Positions 38,529 to 48,564 of a stretch of 64,000 bases of DNA are shown piece after piece; position 1 is the first letter of the stretch; the number at the start of each line of letters is the position of its first letter. This DNA comes from Candidatus Omnitrophota bacterium. Lineage in GTDB: Bacteria; Ratteibacteria; UBA8468; MWAK01. The notes under the pieces were generated by a model. The model saw only the letters and a program-made list of their open reading frames with translations, did not search any database and was not told the DNA's origin. The position numbers were made by a program, and so were the translations under genes. The DNA lies in assembly GCA_043826355.1 (NCBI GenBank), contig JBDRQI010000031.1:48403-112402 (forward strand). The letters run 5' to 3'.

Positions 38529-41128
38529 ATTTTATCAGGGGAAACCGAAAAACAGACGACTCTCTGCGATATTACGTCCGACATTATCTTCAGGTTTCGG
38601 CCGCTTACGTCGTAAACGCCGATGACGCATTCATAACCGGCGGATTGGGGCAAAAGTTCTGCAAACAGATTCTTCGATTTCGTGAACCACGCTTCGCTGA
38701 ATACGACATCTTTTTTACCGGGGAAGAGCGCGACGTAGAATATCTTTGTCTCCACCAGGTCCTGGAAAAAATGCGTCCCGAAAGACAGTTCGGGCATCAA
38801 GTTTCCGGCGGAAAAAGCAACCTCCGCCAGGACCGCTATGTTGTTTATCTCCGCAAACTTTACCGGCACGCCCAGAGACGGCGTTGTCGTACCCCATCTT
38901 CCCGGCCCCATCAGCAAGGTGGCCGTCTTTTCCCGGTCTTTTATCCCCCGGTTCAGTTTACCCACTATCCGGGCTATTTCATACTTGCCCGACAACGTAA
39001 GAACGCTGTACTTCTCCGGTTCAACGTATATGATTCGGTCGAGTTTCCGGGAAACGTTGCCGCCCAGAAAATAGCCGCGAGATTCAAAAAGAATATTCTC
39101 CCTCCCCACGCTACCCGGCATTTCAACCTTGCGGCCCTGCCCGAGCGTCTGCAGCGGCCGGCACTGCAGGAGATTTATCTTAAACGTATCTTCCGCCGGC
39201 GGCCCCCCGGTAAAATTCACCGTAAACTCTATCTCCACGGGGTAACGGTAACTCTGTTCGAGCGATTTCAATATATTCCGGAAGGAACCCGCCAGCGTGT
39301 TATCACGGAACAACTTATCGAGGGTAAGTATCCAGTATTCTTTATCTTCTGCGCCGTTCCTGTGCATCATGCGCATGGCTTCGTGGTCTCTCACCGCCAC
39401 GCGGTCTATGTCTGCATAATCTTTACCGCTTACAAGATTTTCAAACGGGACGGTTTCAAAATGGTTTTCTTCCGTATTGATAAGGTCGACCTTGTGCTGG
39501 GAGAATTTCCTTAAATCATCCTTCTCCGCATACGGCCTGCGCAAAGGGTCGTCAAGCACAACCATCCTCGGGTAATCGCCTTCAACGCGGTTGACCGCCC
39601 TGGTGCCGAGCCCAAAGACCAGCCTGAGCATACCCGCCTTAGGGTCCATATCCTCGTTCCAGACGTAAGTATTGTGGGACACCCCGACCCCGGCGAGGTC
39701 GGGAAAGAAATAATCTTTGTGGTGCGCTCCGGAAACTCTCTGTACCAGGAGCGCCATCTGTTCGTCCAGTTTATCCAGTCCTCTCTGTTTCCGGTAGACG
39801 AGGGCGTCCTCGCTCATCGTGCTGGCATAAATTCTTTTTACGGCCTCGGCAAACCGGGCGTATCTCTGCTCTGGCGCACCCTGGTTCGCCAAAAATATGC
39901 TCTCGTATTTTCCGGCGAATGCGTTTCCAAACCCGTCTTCCAGCAGCGAACTTGAGCGCACGATGATGGGAGAGGAACCGAAATATTCTATGACCTGCTG
40001 GAACTGTTCCGTGATTTCTTCGGGAAACGCTCCGGAAAACATCTTTTCTCTTAAAATCCCCGCGGCGGTGAAATACCATTCATCCGTCTTCTGCTGCATA
40101 CGCAGTTTCCACCACCGGTTCTGGACTATGTACGAATAGAATATGTCGGAACCGATGTAAAACGAATCGTGCGGTTCCGAAAGTTCCCGCCAACCAAGCG
40201 CGCTCTTTTTCAACAAAATTTTCCGGGCCAGAAGCATGCCCACGCTTTTCCCGCCGATAAAACCGGTTCCAATCAATCTGGATTTTATGTCTATGAGTTC
40301 TTCCAGTGAAAAATTACGTACCGCCAGAGATAAAATCTTTTTGTCTTTAGTTATCATTAGACTGCAGAGTTTCTTTACCGTATCGCTTATCTTCTCTTTC
40401 GGGCCGGGTTTTTTCCCGAGTTCTCCGGCTTCAAGAAACAGGCGGTCCCAGTAATCGAGATTTCTCTTTGCGGTTTCCGCTCCTTTTTCGCGGATATACG
40501 AAAGTATTTTTACGGCATTAATGCTGTCCGTAATGGGGACGAACCGGCCGTCGTCCATCCTCTGGTGGGGCAGAAACATGGTCGGCGAATACCGGTCCCA
40601 TACCTTCAGGGGGTGTATATAGCAGCCGCCTTCACAATGGTATACGTCCAAAAGCAGCTGCGTTGTCTCCCGTATGCGGGCTATGGATTTAAAAGAATGG
40701 TTATTGCGCAATATCGAAAAATACGTAACGGTCTTAAGTTCGTAAAGATAGGGACACGTAACCATGAAAAAATTGCCTATCATAAGGTCCGTGGCCCAGG
40801 CCGAAAGAAGTTCCGACAGGCAGTCAAACACGTAATATGCACCCTCGCCTTCCTGAGTGATGATGGCGTTCACCCTGGTGGCGAAAGACTCAAATCCGGC
40901 GTAAGCGTTCAATTCATAACGCTTTATCTGTTTTGAGAGCGGCAGTAATTCCCGGTGTAAAGCAAATCTCAGGTATATGACTTTCTTATTCTCCCTGAGC
41001 GCCTGCCGTACAAAAGGTTTTACAAGGTCAGCGTAATCTTTGATATCGTCTATCTGCCAGACGACGTTATCGCCCGGCCTCAAATCGGTGATTATTCCGT
41101 CCAGGCCCTTGATTCCCGTGCTAATCAT
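38525..41128 (-). CDS. PEP/pyruvate-binding (PPDK N-terminal, ATP-grasp) domain protein with an N-terminal RecA/KaiC-like segment
   Basis: STGIKGLD start; GGKS.G, IVRSSSLLED..AFAGKY, VFGLGT, VEIEF, LQCRP. Confidence 0.8.
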   Translation of the reverse strand: MISTGIKGLDGIITDLRPGDNVVWQIDDIKDYADLVKPFVRQALRENKKVIYLRFALHRELLPLSKQIKRYELNAYAGFESFATRVNAIITQEGEGAYYVFDCLSELLSAWATDLMIGNFFMVTCPYLYELKTVTYFSILRNNHSFKSIARIRETTQLLLDVYHCEGGCYIHPLKVWDRYSPTMFLPHQRMDDGRFVPITDSINAVKILSYIREKGAETAKRNLDYWDRLFLEAGELGKKPGPKEKISDTVKKLCSLMITKDKKILSLAVRNFSLEELIDIKSRLIGTGFIGGKSVGMLLARKILLKKSALGWRELSEPHDSFYIGSDIFYSYIVQNRWWKLRMQQKTDEWYFTAAGILREKMFSGAFPEEITEQFQQVIEYFGSSPIIVRSSSLLEDGFGNAFAGKYESIFLANQGAPEQRYARFAEAVKRIYASTMSEDALVYRKQRGLDKLDEQMALLVQRVSGAHHKDYFFPDLAGVGVSHNTYVWNEDMDPKAGMLRLVFGLGTRAVNRVEGDYPRMVVLDDPLRRPYAEKDDLRKFSQHKVDLINTEENHFETVPFENLVSGKDYADIDRVAVRDHEAMRMMHRNGAEDKEYWILTLDKLFRDNTLAGSFRNILKSLEQSYRYPVEIEFTVNFTGGPPAEDTFKINLLQCRPLQTLGQGRKVEMPGSVGRENILFESRGYFLGGNVSRKLDRIIYVEPEKYSVLTLSGKYEIARIVGKLNRGIKDREKTATLLMGPGRWGTTTPSLGVPVKFAEINNIAVLAEVAFSAGNLMPELSFGTHFFQDLVETKIFYVALFPGKKDVVFSEAWFTKSKNLFAELLPQSAGYECVIGVYDVSGRNLKIMSDVISQRVVCFSVSPDKI

Positions 41129-41256
41129 ATCAGTTATCCCTTACTTTACCGGTCTGTTTTCCGGAAGATTATTCCTATATGATTCGTCGGCGTCTTTCTT
41201 GATTTCGGGTAAATCCGCTTCCTTTTTCGCCTCTTCGCGCCCGCGGGCTTGATAAA

Positions 41257-42351
41257 TCAAGTTCCGCCAATTGTTTTCTCTGTTTGCGCTAAAACCAACT
41301 CGCCGCCTTCCGGATGCCACAGTTCCGCAACCCGCGGTTCCAGTTTCCGTATTGCGGCTTCCTCGCTGGAAAGGTAAAAGTGATCCGGGCTTTTCGCGGC
41401 CACCATCGGACGCAGTTTCACCCGGTCGATCAGACCGAACATACCGCCCTTGAAACCCACGATGATGCTGAACGGACCGTTCAGAAGAGCGGCGCCGTAA
41501 ATAATCCGCATCCTTTCACACTCCCTGCGCCCTTCCTCGGGTTTGAGGTCTATCTCAGACCAGAGCGGCGCCGACAGGATCGACCCTAATTTCGCCAGGG
41601 GGATCCGGTGGCGCCGGACCAGAAGGTCAACAAGATAGGTGATGACTTCCGTGTCGGTAGCCAGGCAGCAGTTATAACCGAAGTTCTCCAGGTAGCGCCG
41701 GTTGACGCCGTACGAAGATATCTCGCCGTTATGGACCACGGACCAATCCAGGAGATTGAACGGATGCGCCCCGCCCCACCAGCCGGAACTGTTTGTCGGA
41801 AAACGGCCGTGGCCCAGCCACATATATCCGCTGTATTCATCCAGCCGGAAGAACTCCGCGATCTCCTCCGGCCAGCCGACTCCCTTAAACACCCCCAGGT
41901 TCTTGCCGCTGGAGATGACGAAAGCGCCTTCTATGCCGCTGTTTATCTTCATTACGCTTGCAACCATCTGCTCCTCTTCCGAAAGGAGCGGGAGCAGGTT
42001 CGGCCTGACCCTGACAAAATAACGCCACAATAACTGCGGGCAATGCAGGCGCCCGGCCGCAACCGGAATCGGTTCGTCCCGGTCAATTTCAAAGATGCTC
42101 CCCAGGTATTCCTCGGTTTTCTTCTTGACGCTCGAAGAATCATAAAGCAGATGCAGGGCAAAATGTTCGGGAAAATCCGGGTAGATGCCGTATCCGGCGA
42201 ACCCGGCGCCCAGGCCGTTTGCGCGGTCCCGCATCACGCTGATGCCCTCGGCGATGCGGCCGCCGGAAAAAGGCCGGGACTGCAGGTTTAAAATTCCGAA
42301 GACGCTGCAGCCGCTGATATCCTTCTCCATTCCTGTTTTGTTGTTTACCAT
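41257..42351 (-). CDS. Class II glutamine amidotransferase (split GOGAT subunit)
   Basis: DRANGLGAG, HGRFPTN..GWWGGAHPF, HNGEI, TDTEV. Confidence 0.9.
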   Translation of the reverse strand: MVNNKTGMEKDISGCSVFGILNLQSRPFSGGRIAEGISVMRDRANGLGAGFAGYGIYPDFPEHFALHLLYDSSSVKKKTEEYLGSIFEIDRDEPIPVAAGRLHCPQLLWRYFVRVRPNLLPLLSEEEQMVASVMKINSGIEGAFVISSGKNLGVFKGVGWPEEIAEFFRLDEYSGYMWLGHGRFPTNSSGWWGGAHPFNLLDWSVVHNGEISSYGVNRRYLENFGYNCCLATDTEVITYLVDLLVRRHRIPLAKLGSILSAPLWSEIDLKPEEGRRECERMRIIYGAALLNGPFSIIVGFKGGMFGLIDRVKLRPMVAAKSPDHFYLSSEEAAIRKLEPRVAELWHPEGGELVLAQTEKTIGGT

Positions 42352-42365
42352 AAAAGGTTTACCAT

Positions 42366-42461
42366 AAAAAAAAGCCTCCAGAAGCAACGCTGCTTGCCTC
42401 TGGAGGCTACTTTGCCTCTTTTTTCGCCAATATTATATCATGCTATTTTTCCAGATGTCAA
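42366..42461 (-). promoter_or_regulatory. Promoter (TTGACA-18-TATAAT) with ANTAR-like hairpin and terminator
   Basis: AGGC-AAAGTA-GCCT overlaps the 5' arm of AGCCTCCAGA...TCTGGAGGCT followed by a U run. Confidence 0.75.
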
Positions 42462-42489
42462 ATTAAAGTGACGGTCTTTGCCGGTGAGG

Positions 42490-43248
42490 TTAATTTTGAC
42501 CCGGCTTATAACGATAGTAGTCTTCCGGAACGTTTTTTACAACCTCATTAACCGCATTCTCCAGCATTACCGTTATCGCCTTTTCCATCGGCGTATTTTT
42601 ATACTTCTCGAAACCGCCGGCCAGAACTACTCCGCCCACCAGGCCGCCGCCGACCACGCCTAACTTAAAGTCGGACGCCTTTCCTTCAACCTTCGCGGAA
42701 TTTATTATCCGGCTGGTACGCACGTCAACCAGGCGAATGCTGGCGGCAATATAAGCCTTATTGCTCTTTATTCTCACGCCGGCGCCGATCTTAAGCGGAA
42801 GCGGAATAACAAGACCGCCGCCGCCGGAACCCTCTGATTCGGGTTCAAAAGCGGTAATTGCACCGGTTAACAAAACGTCCGCACCCTCCATGCTTCCTTT
42901 TTCCGCCGCTTTGCCCTTTTCGGTATAGCCGGATTCACCGAGGGCCAGCTCCTCTTTAATATCAGAAAGTCCCTCACCCCTTTCCAGAACGATAAAGCGA
43001 TTGGTCTTGAAGAGGGCGTCAATCAGCATATCCGACATGCCGGTTCCGATTTCGCCGTAGCCCCTGGCCGCTTTCATCTCAAACCGGGCAACCGCGATTC
43101 TCGCCTTCGGTCCCTGGTAGGTGGTAACTTCGGCGACCGTTGGACCGCCGGTGGTTACGGTAGTGCTGATTGCCTCTTCAGACGTAGCACAGGAAGCGAT
43201 AAAAAAGACCAGCGCCAGCAAACCCAAAACCCCCATTCCTTTCTTCAT
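42490..43248 (-). CDS. CsgG/HfaB-family lipoprotein
   Basis: Lipobox IASC, RIAVARF, TNRFIVLER, TGAITAFE, IRLVDVRT. Confidence 0.8.
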   Translation of the reverse strand: MKKGMGVLGLLALVFFIASCATSEEAISTTVTTGGPTVAEVTTYQGPKARIAVARFEMKAARGYGEIGTGMSDMLIDALFKTNRFIVLERGEGLSDIKEELALGESGYTEKGKAAEKGSMEGADVLLTGAITAFEPESEGSGGGGLVIPLPLKIGAGVRIKSNKAYIAASIRLVDVRTSRIINSAKVEGKASDFKLGVVGGGLVGGVVLAGGFEKYKNTPMEKAITVMLENAVNEVVKNVPEDYYRYKPGQN

Positions 43249-43916
43249 ATATCCTCCAATAATTTTATTATTACGAGCCCTTTGCGTTGCTTAAGGGTAA
43301 ACTCTGCAAAGCAATTTCGTCTCTGGATATTTGAAATTGCCACGCTTACGTGCCAAAACGCGCATTTTGACGTGCAGGCATATCGCAGAATACGCTCCTC
43401 ACAATAACATTAAAAATCCGGGTAGTTCAGGGGACAACACTCGAATTTGTCTATATAAATAATTTTATCATGCCATTGCCTGTTTTTTCAATACACCTCT
43501 AATTAAATGAATTCGCCATACCAGGAATCCAGACGCAACTAAAACGAACGATTGATAATACAACGAAAACAGAGGAGTGAAAAAGTATGACGGGTGTATG
43601 ACAGAAATCGCGCTACACTTATATTTTATCACACAAACGATAAATTTTTGTAGAGGTGTGCAGTCCGTTGGTACGCAAAGCGTTTCAGTGGTTGGCTTAA
43701 AAAGGATTCTTCAAATCATAATAAAACTCAACGGACTGTCCGTCCGTTGGAAAATAGTTGCATTTTTGTTTCCAAGATCACTAATTGGTGTTTTTTTCTT
43801 ACTTCCCTGGTTATGGTTCTTTTTTCACTCACCGTTACCCCCGTCATTTGTCCCCTTTTTACCGTAAAGAAATGGCCTTATTTTCATATAGATTTTTGAT
43901 GATGAGGTACTTCGGA

Positions 43917-44010
43917 AGGTTGACCCCGGAACGCAGAAAGAAGTACAATTTGAAAGGTAGGAACATTACCCAAAAACAACAGCCCGAATCAACATCAAAC
44001 GTGAAATTAA
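43917..44010 (+). promoter_or_regulatory. Dispersed module copy I (promoter TTGACC-18-TACAAT and downstream segment)
   Basis: GCAGAAAGAAGTACAAT...CAGCCCGAATCAAC shared with 16773-16845. Confidence 0.75.
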
Positions 44011-44064
44011 GTAAATTTGTTTAAAAATAGACAACATACGCACAAAAAGCCAAAGAGGTGGGGG

Positions 44065-44448
44065 ATGAAAACAAAAGGCCAGATAGAGGCAGAAATCAGC
44101 GAGGCCATTATAAAGTTCGAAAAGGAATATATGGGTCGAGGTCCCGAAGAAACCAAAACGTATATTATTGATAACATGGTCTTAGTCTTTTTGCGCGGGG
44201 TTCTGACACCGGCAGAAAAGAATCTGGCTAAAATCGAAGACAATTTCCAAGGTCGGGCTTTAATCAAACAGGTCCGGATTGAGTTGCTGGAAAAAGCTCG
44301 ACCCCTGCTGGAGGCAATCATTCAGGACATCACGGGTCAGGTCCCGAGAAGTCTGCATACGGACATTAGCACCAAGACTGGCGAACGAATAATAATTTTC
44401 ACACTGAACGAGTGCCCGCAGTTTGAAGAATCAGGAATAGAAAAGTAG
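44065..44448 (+). CDS. DUF2294/MpsC-family protein
   Basis: TKGQIEAEIS..FEKEYMGRGP, GVLTPAE, LHTDISTKTGE. Confidence 0.85.
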   Translation: MKTKGQIEAEISEAIIKFEKEYMGRGPEETKTYIIDNMVLVFLRGVLTPAEKNLAKIEDNFQGRALIKQVRIELLEKARPLLEAIIQDITGQVPRSLHTDISTKTGERIIIFTLNECPQFEESGIEK

Positions 44449-44561
44449 CCGTTATTCCATTTATACACTCCAACGATACGCTGAGCGGCTTTGGCAGAGT
44501 ACAGTTACATCTGGTGATGGTACCCGTCAGACCGGTAAAAGACGGAACGTAAAAGTTTTTT

Positions 44562-44901
44562 TTGACAAAACACACAATCGAATGATATAATAATTATAAG
44601 AAAATTCGGGCAGATTGACAGGAGGTCGCTCAAGCGATCTGCTGAAGAGATAGGCCGGCGGTTAATAGCTGAAACATGAAAAGCTGACGCCGGTTTTTTT
44701 ATTTGCCTCCCCTTAATGCAAGTGCGTTGACGGCAACCTGTAAAAGGTCCGATTAAATCATTGGCCAACGCACATTTCCGTCCGGAAGCGTCAGCCGTTT
44801 TTTTACCGGTGCATCGCCATTGGAATATTTTAGCGCTATTTGTGTCTATCACGTCTGCCGGGTTGGCTTGCCAAAAACGGCTGTCTGAGAAGGGAATCTC
44901 C
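44562..44901 (+). promoter_or_regulatory. Consensus promoter and about 300-nt structured leader
   Basis: TTGACA (44562)-18-TATAAT (44586); terminator-like stem 44655-44700; alternative pairing 44683-44690 with 44788-44795. Confidence 0.65.
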
Positions 44902-45243
44902 ATGCGTGAACAGACTAATGTGCAAAAACGCATTCTGGAAACTATAACCAGATTCGAAAATACGTATATGTCCGTCCGACCGGAATCGATTCTTGTGAAT
45001 TTGCACGATTCCTATGTTTTGGTGATTCTACATCAAGCTATCTGCACAGCCGAACGAGAGTATGCCCGCGAGCGCCCAGCCCAGGAACTCCTGGAAAGGC
45101 TTTACGCCGGAGTTTTCGATGCAACGAAATCGGAATTGGAAGCGGACATTGCGAAAATCGTGGGACACCCGGTTCAACAGTCCCGCATGAACGTCGACAC
45201 ACTTGCGGGCAATATCCTATTGGTTTTTTTGTTGAAAAAATAA
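44902..45243 (+). CDS. Divergent DUF2294/MpsC-family protein
   Basis: FENTYMSVRP, ICTAER, LEADIAKIVG parallel the upstream paralogue. Confidence 0.7.
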   Translation: MREQTNVQKRILETITRFENTYMSVRPESILVNLHDSYVLVILHQAICTAEREYARERPAQELLERLYAGVFDATKSELEADIAKIVGHPVQQSRMNVDTLAGNILLVFLLKK

Positions 45244-45314
45244 AACGCATCATCCGGTAGGCAGACGGTCCGGGTAAATTTCACAGAAATCGTAAACTAA
45301 AACATGGGGGGGAT

Positions 45315-47204
45315 ATGACGAATCTTTATCTGAAGCATCTGGAACCAAAGATGGATGACAACAACTACCGGAAGTTGGCGTCCATTGACAACGCCCGTCT
45401 GCACGCGTTTGTAGCCGACGCCGTCGCACTATGCGAACCTGATTCAGTGTGGATAAGCACAGATTCGGTTGAGGACGTTGCGTACACCCGTCGGATGGCG
45501 GTGCAGCAAAAAGAGGAAATTCCTTTGAAAGCTGAAGGGCACACCGTCCACTTTGACGGTATGAAAGATCAAGGTCGTGACCGGGAGGTTACCAAGTATC
45601 TGGTTTCAAAAACCGATACTTTAAGCAAGGCGCTCAATCAAATTGAGCGGGAGGAAGGTCTGAAGGAAGTCCGCGCGTTACTAAAAGGCGTAATGAAGGG
45701 CCGAACGATGAGCGTACGTTTTATGACGCTGGGTCCCAACAACTCGGAATTCAGCATTCCGTGTGTTGAGTGCACCGACTCTTTTTACGTTTCCCACAGC
45801 CTGAACTTGCTGTATCGCCTAGGCTACGAGGAGTTCAAGCGGCTGGGTTCTAAAGCGCAATTCTTTTCCACGCTGCACTCCGGCGGCAAGGTTGACGACC
45901 GAAAGGTCAGCGCCGAACCGGAGAAGAAACGTATTTATATAGACTACGCTACGGAGACTGTTTACAGCGTCAATACGCAATACGCCGGCAACACGGTAGG
46001 ACTTAAAAAGCTGGCGTTGCGGCTGGCGATCCGTAAGGCTGATCGCGAGGGCTGGCTGGCCGAGCACATGTTCCTTATGGACGTGTGCGGCCGGAACGGG
46101 CGCAAGACTTATTTCGCCGGCGCATTTCCAAGCGCTTGCGGTAAAACCTCAACGGCCATGCTACCCGGCGAAATCATCCTCGGAGACGACATTGCCTATT
46201 TTCGTGCGGTCAATGGTCGGTGTATGGCTGCCAACGCCGAAGCAGGCATCTTCGGCATCATCCAGAAAGTCAACGCCCAGGACGACCCAACGATTTGGGG
46301 TGTGTTGACCAATCCCGGCGAGGTGATCTTCTCCAACGTGCTGGTCAAGGCTGGGAAACCTTATTGGCTCGGCATGGGCATGGATACTCCGGTAGACGGC
46401 GAGAATTTTTCGGGCGCGTGGTACAAGGGCAAGAAAGACGCCAAGGATGTTGAAATATCCTGCGCCCATAAAAATGCCCGGTACGCCGTGGCGCTAAAGG
46501 CACTGGATAACTGCGACCCTGAACTGGATAATCCATCGGGAGTGGAACTGGCCGGGATTATGTACGGCGGTCGTGATGTTAAGGCCTATGTACCTGTTCA
46601 GCAAAGTTTTAGCTGGGAACACGGCATCATCGCCTACGGCGCCTCACTGGAAACGGAGACTACGTTCGCTACCATCGGTAAGGAGGGTGTTCCTGAGATT
46701 AACCTGATGAGCATCCAGGATTTTGTGGCTATTCCACTGGGTAAATATATCCGGAACAATCTCGAATTCGGCAAAATTTTGATGCGGCCGCCGGTGATCT
46801 TCGGGGTCAATTATTTTCTCTGTAATAAGGAAGGCCAATTTGTCAATGGTGTTCGTGACAAGCATGTTTGGATAAAGTGGATGGAACTCCGTGTCCACGG
46901 TGATGTGGAGGCCGTCATGATACCGACCGGATGGATTCCCAAATATGACGACTTGGCGCTTCTTTTCCAACAGGTATTGGGGAAAAATTACGCGCGGGAA
47001 AATTACATTGAGCAGTTCACTGTCCGCGTTCCGGAAAATCTGGCCAAACTGGACCGCGTGGAGAGGTTTTACCGTGAAAAAGTGGATGATGCACCGTCGG
47101 TTATCTTCAAGGTGCTGGAACAGCAGCGGGTTCGGTTAAAAGAGACTCAAGAAATGTTTGGGGATTACGTATCGCCTGAAAAGCTCGCCGAAGCGCACTT
47201 TTAA
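45315..47204 (+). CDS. pckG: Phosphoenolpyruvate carboxykinase (GTP)
   Basis: WLAEHM, AFPSACGKT, GDDIAY, FGVNYF. Confidence 0.9.
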   Translation: MTNLYLKHLEPKMDDNNYRKLASIDNARLHAFVADAVALCEPDSVWISTDSVEDVAYTRRMAVQQKEEIPLKAEGHTVHFDGMKDQGRDREVTKYLVSKTDTLSKALNQIEREEGLKEVRALLKGVMKGRTMSVRFMTLGPNNSEFSIPCVECTDSFYVSHSLNLLYRLGYEEFKRLGSKAQFFSTLHSGGKVDDRKVSAEPEKKRIYIDYATETVYSVNTQYAGNTVGLKKLALRLAIRKADREGWLAEHMFLMDVCGRNGRKTYFAGAFPSACGKTSTAMLPGEIILGDDIAYFRAVNGRCMAANAEAGIFGIIQKVNAQDDPTIWGVLTNPGEVIFSNVLVKAGKPYWLGMGMDTPVDGENFSGAWYKGKKDAKDVEISCAHKNARYAVALKALDNCDPELDNPSGVELAGIMYGGRDVKAYVPVQQSFSWEHGIIAYGASLETETTFATIGKEGVPEINLMSIQDFVAIPLGKYIRNNLEFGKILMRPPVIFGVNYFLCNKEGQFVNGVRDKHVWIKWMELRVHGDVEAVMIPTGWIPKYDDLALLFQQVLGKNYARENYIEQFTVRVPENLAKLDRVERFYREKVDDAPSVIFKVLEQQRVRLKETQEMFGDYVSPEKLAEAHF

Positions 47205-47223
47205 TGGACCGTGAGGTGAAATT

Positions 47224-48564
47224 ATGATAAGTCCGCTTGCAGTCGAACTGAATGAATCAATTCTTCGGGACAACCCGCACGTGTGGCGAATGCTGTCCAA
47301 ACTCGGAAAAGAACTGTACTTTCCAAAGGGAATTCTGACCCAGGCGGCGGAAGCCAAACAGAAAGCGCATCGCTATAATGCGACTATCGGGATCGCCCGG
47401 GAAAATGGCCAGGCAATGTACCTTCAGGCTGTAATGAAGTACTTTACCGATCTGGTTCCCGACGAAGTTTTACCTTATGCCCCTTCAACCGGTCTTCCCA
47501 ATCTGCGCGTCAAGTGGAAGGAACTTTTGATCCAAAAAAACCCTTCGTTGAAAATCAAGGCATTCAGTCTGCCCGTCGTTACCAGCGGAATCACGCATGG
47601 GCTGAGTATCGTCGCAGACATGTTTGTCGAACGCGACAACCTTGTGTTTCTGCCCGAGAAATTCTGGGGCAACTACAATATGATCTTTGGCGTACGGAGA
47701 GGCGCCAAAGTAGCGAAGTACCCTTTCTTCACGGACGCCGGAAAGTTCGATACCGAAGGCTTCCGACGTTGCCTGCTGGAAAATGTCAGCGGCAGTAAAA
47801 GTATTGTAGTATTGAACTTTCCCAATAATCCTACCGGGTACACGGTCACGGAGCGGGAGGCCTTGGCGATCTGCGCCGCCATCAGCGAGGCGGCGGACCG
47901 CGGGCGCGACATCGTGGTTGTTTGCGACGATGCCTACTTTGGGTTATTCTATGAACCGGAGATTACAAAAGAATCTCTTTTTGCCCGGCTGGCCGACCAG
48001 CATGAGAAAGTCCTCGCCGTCAAATTGGACGGAGCCACCAAAGAGAACTACGTCTGGGGCTTTCGGGTGGGATTTATTACTTTGGCGACGAAGAACGCAA
48101 GTATAACGACCTACGAAGCGTTGGAGAAAAAGATCGGGGGCTGCATCCGCGGGGTAATCTCCAACTGCCCGCATCATTCCCAATCCGTTCTGCTGAAGGC
48201 AATGTCCGACGGCAAGTACAACCAGCAGCGCCGGGAGAAGTTTGAGGTACTTCGCCGGCGCGCTGCTAAGGTGAAAGAGGTTTTATTACAGAAACGCTTT
48301 TCGGCCGTTTGGACAGCATATCCGTTCAACTCGGGATATTTTATGTGTCTGAAACTCAAGGGTATCAATGCGGAACTCTATCGCCTGCGGTTGCTGGAAA
48401 AATATGGAATTGGTGTGATTGCCACGGCCGAGACGGATATCCGCGTGGCGTTTTCGTGCATAGAGGAACGGGACATTCCGGATCTTTTTGAACAGATGTT
48501 TCAGTGTGTACAAGAAATGGTTTCGGATAGTGATGGAGGCACAGGGAAAACGGTTAAGTTATGA
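47224..48564 (+). CDS. PLP-dependent aminotransferase class I/II
   Basis: NFPNNPTG, DDAY, GATKE..WGFRVG. Confidence 0.88.
   Translation: MISPLAVELNESILRDNPHVWRMLSKLGKELYFPKGILTQAAEAKQKAHRYNATIGIARENGQAMYLQAVMKYFTDLVPDEVLPYAPSTGLPNLRVKWKELLIQKNPSLKIKAFSLPVVTSGITHGLSIVADMFVERDNLVFLPEKFWGNYNMIFGVRRGAKVAKYPFFTDAGKFDTEGFRRCLLENVSGSKSIVVLNFPNNPTGYTVTEREALAICAAISEAADRGRDIVVVCDDAYFGLFYEPEITKESLFARLADQHEKVLAVKLDGATKENYVWGFRVGFITLATKNASITTYEALEKKIGGCIRGVISNCPHHSQSVLLKAMSDGKYNQQRREKFEVLRRRAAKVKEVLLQKRFSAVWTAYPFNSGYFMCLKLKGINAELYRLRLLEKYGIGVIATAETDIRVAFSCIEERDIPDLFEQMFQCVQEMVSDSDGGTGKTVKL

Noticed and set aside
41141..41260. 39-aa minus-strand ORF between the GATase and PPDK-like genes
   Set aside because: No recognisable motif and only a TTG start; it may be a gene-end remnant but is unsupported.
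31474..42291. Long antisense or alternate-frame ORFs (e.g. 31474-32172, 37407-38186, 38477-39514)
   Set aside because: Shadows of well-supported genes on the opposite strand.
44476..44550. c-di-AMP (ydaO) riboswitch
   Set aside because: Only GCTGA and ACCCGTCAG resemble it; other conserved elements are missing. Kept only as an unnamed candidate.
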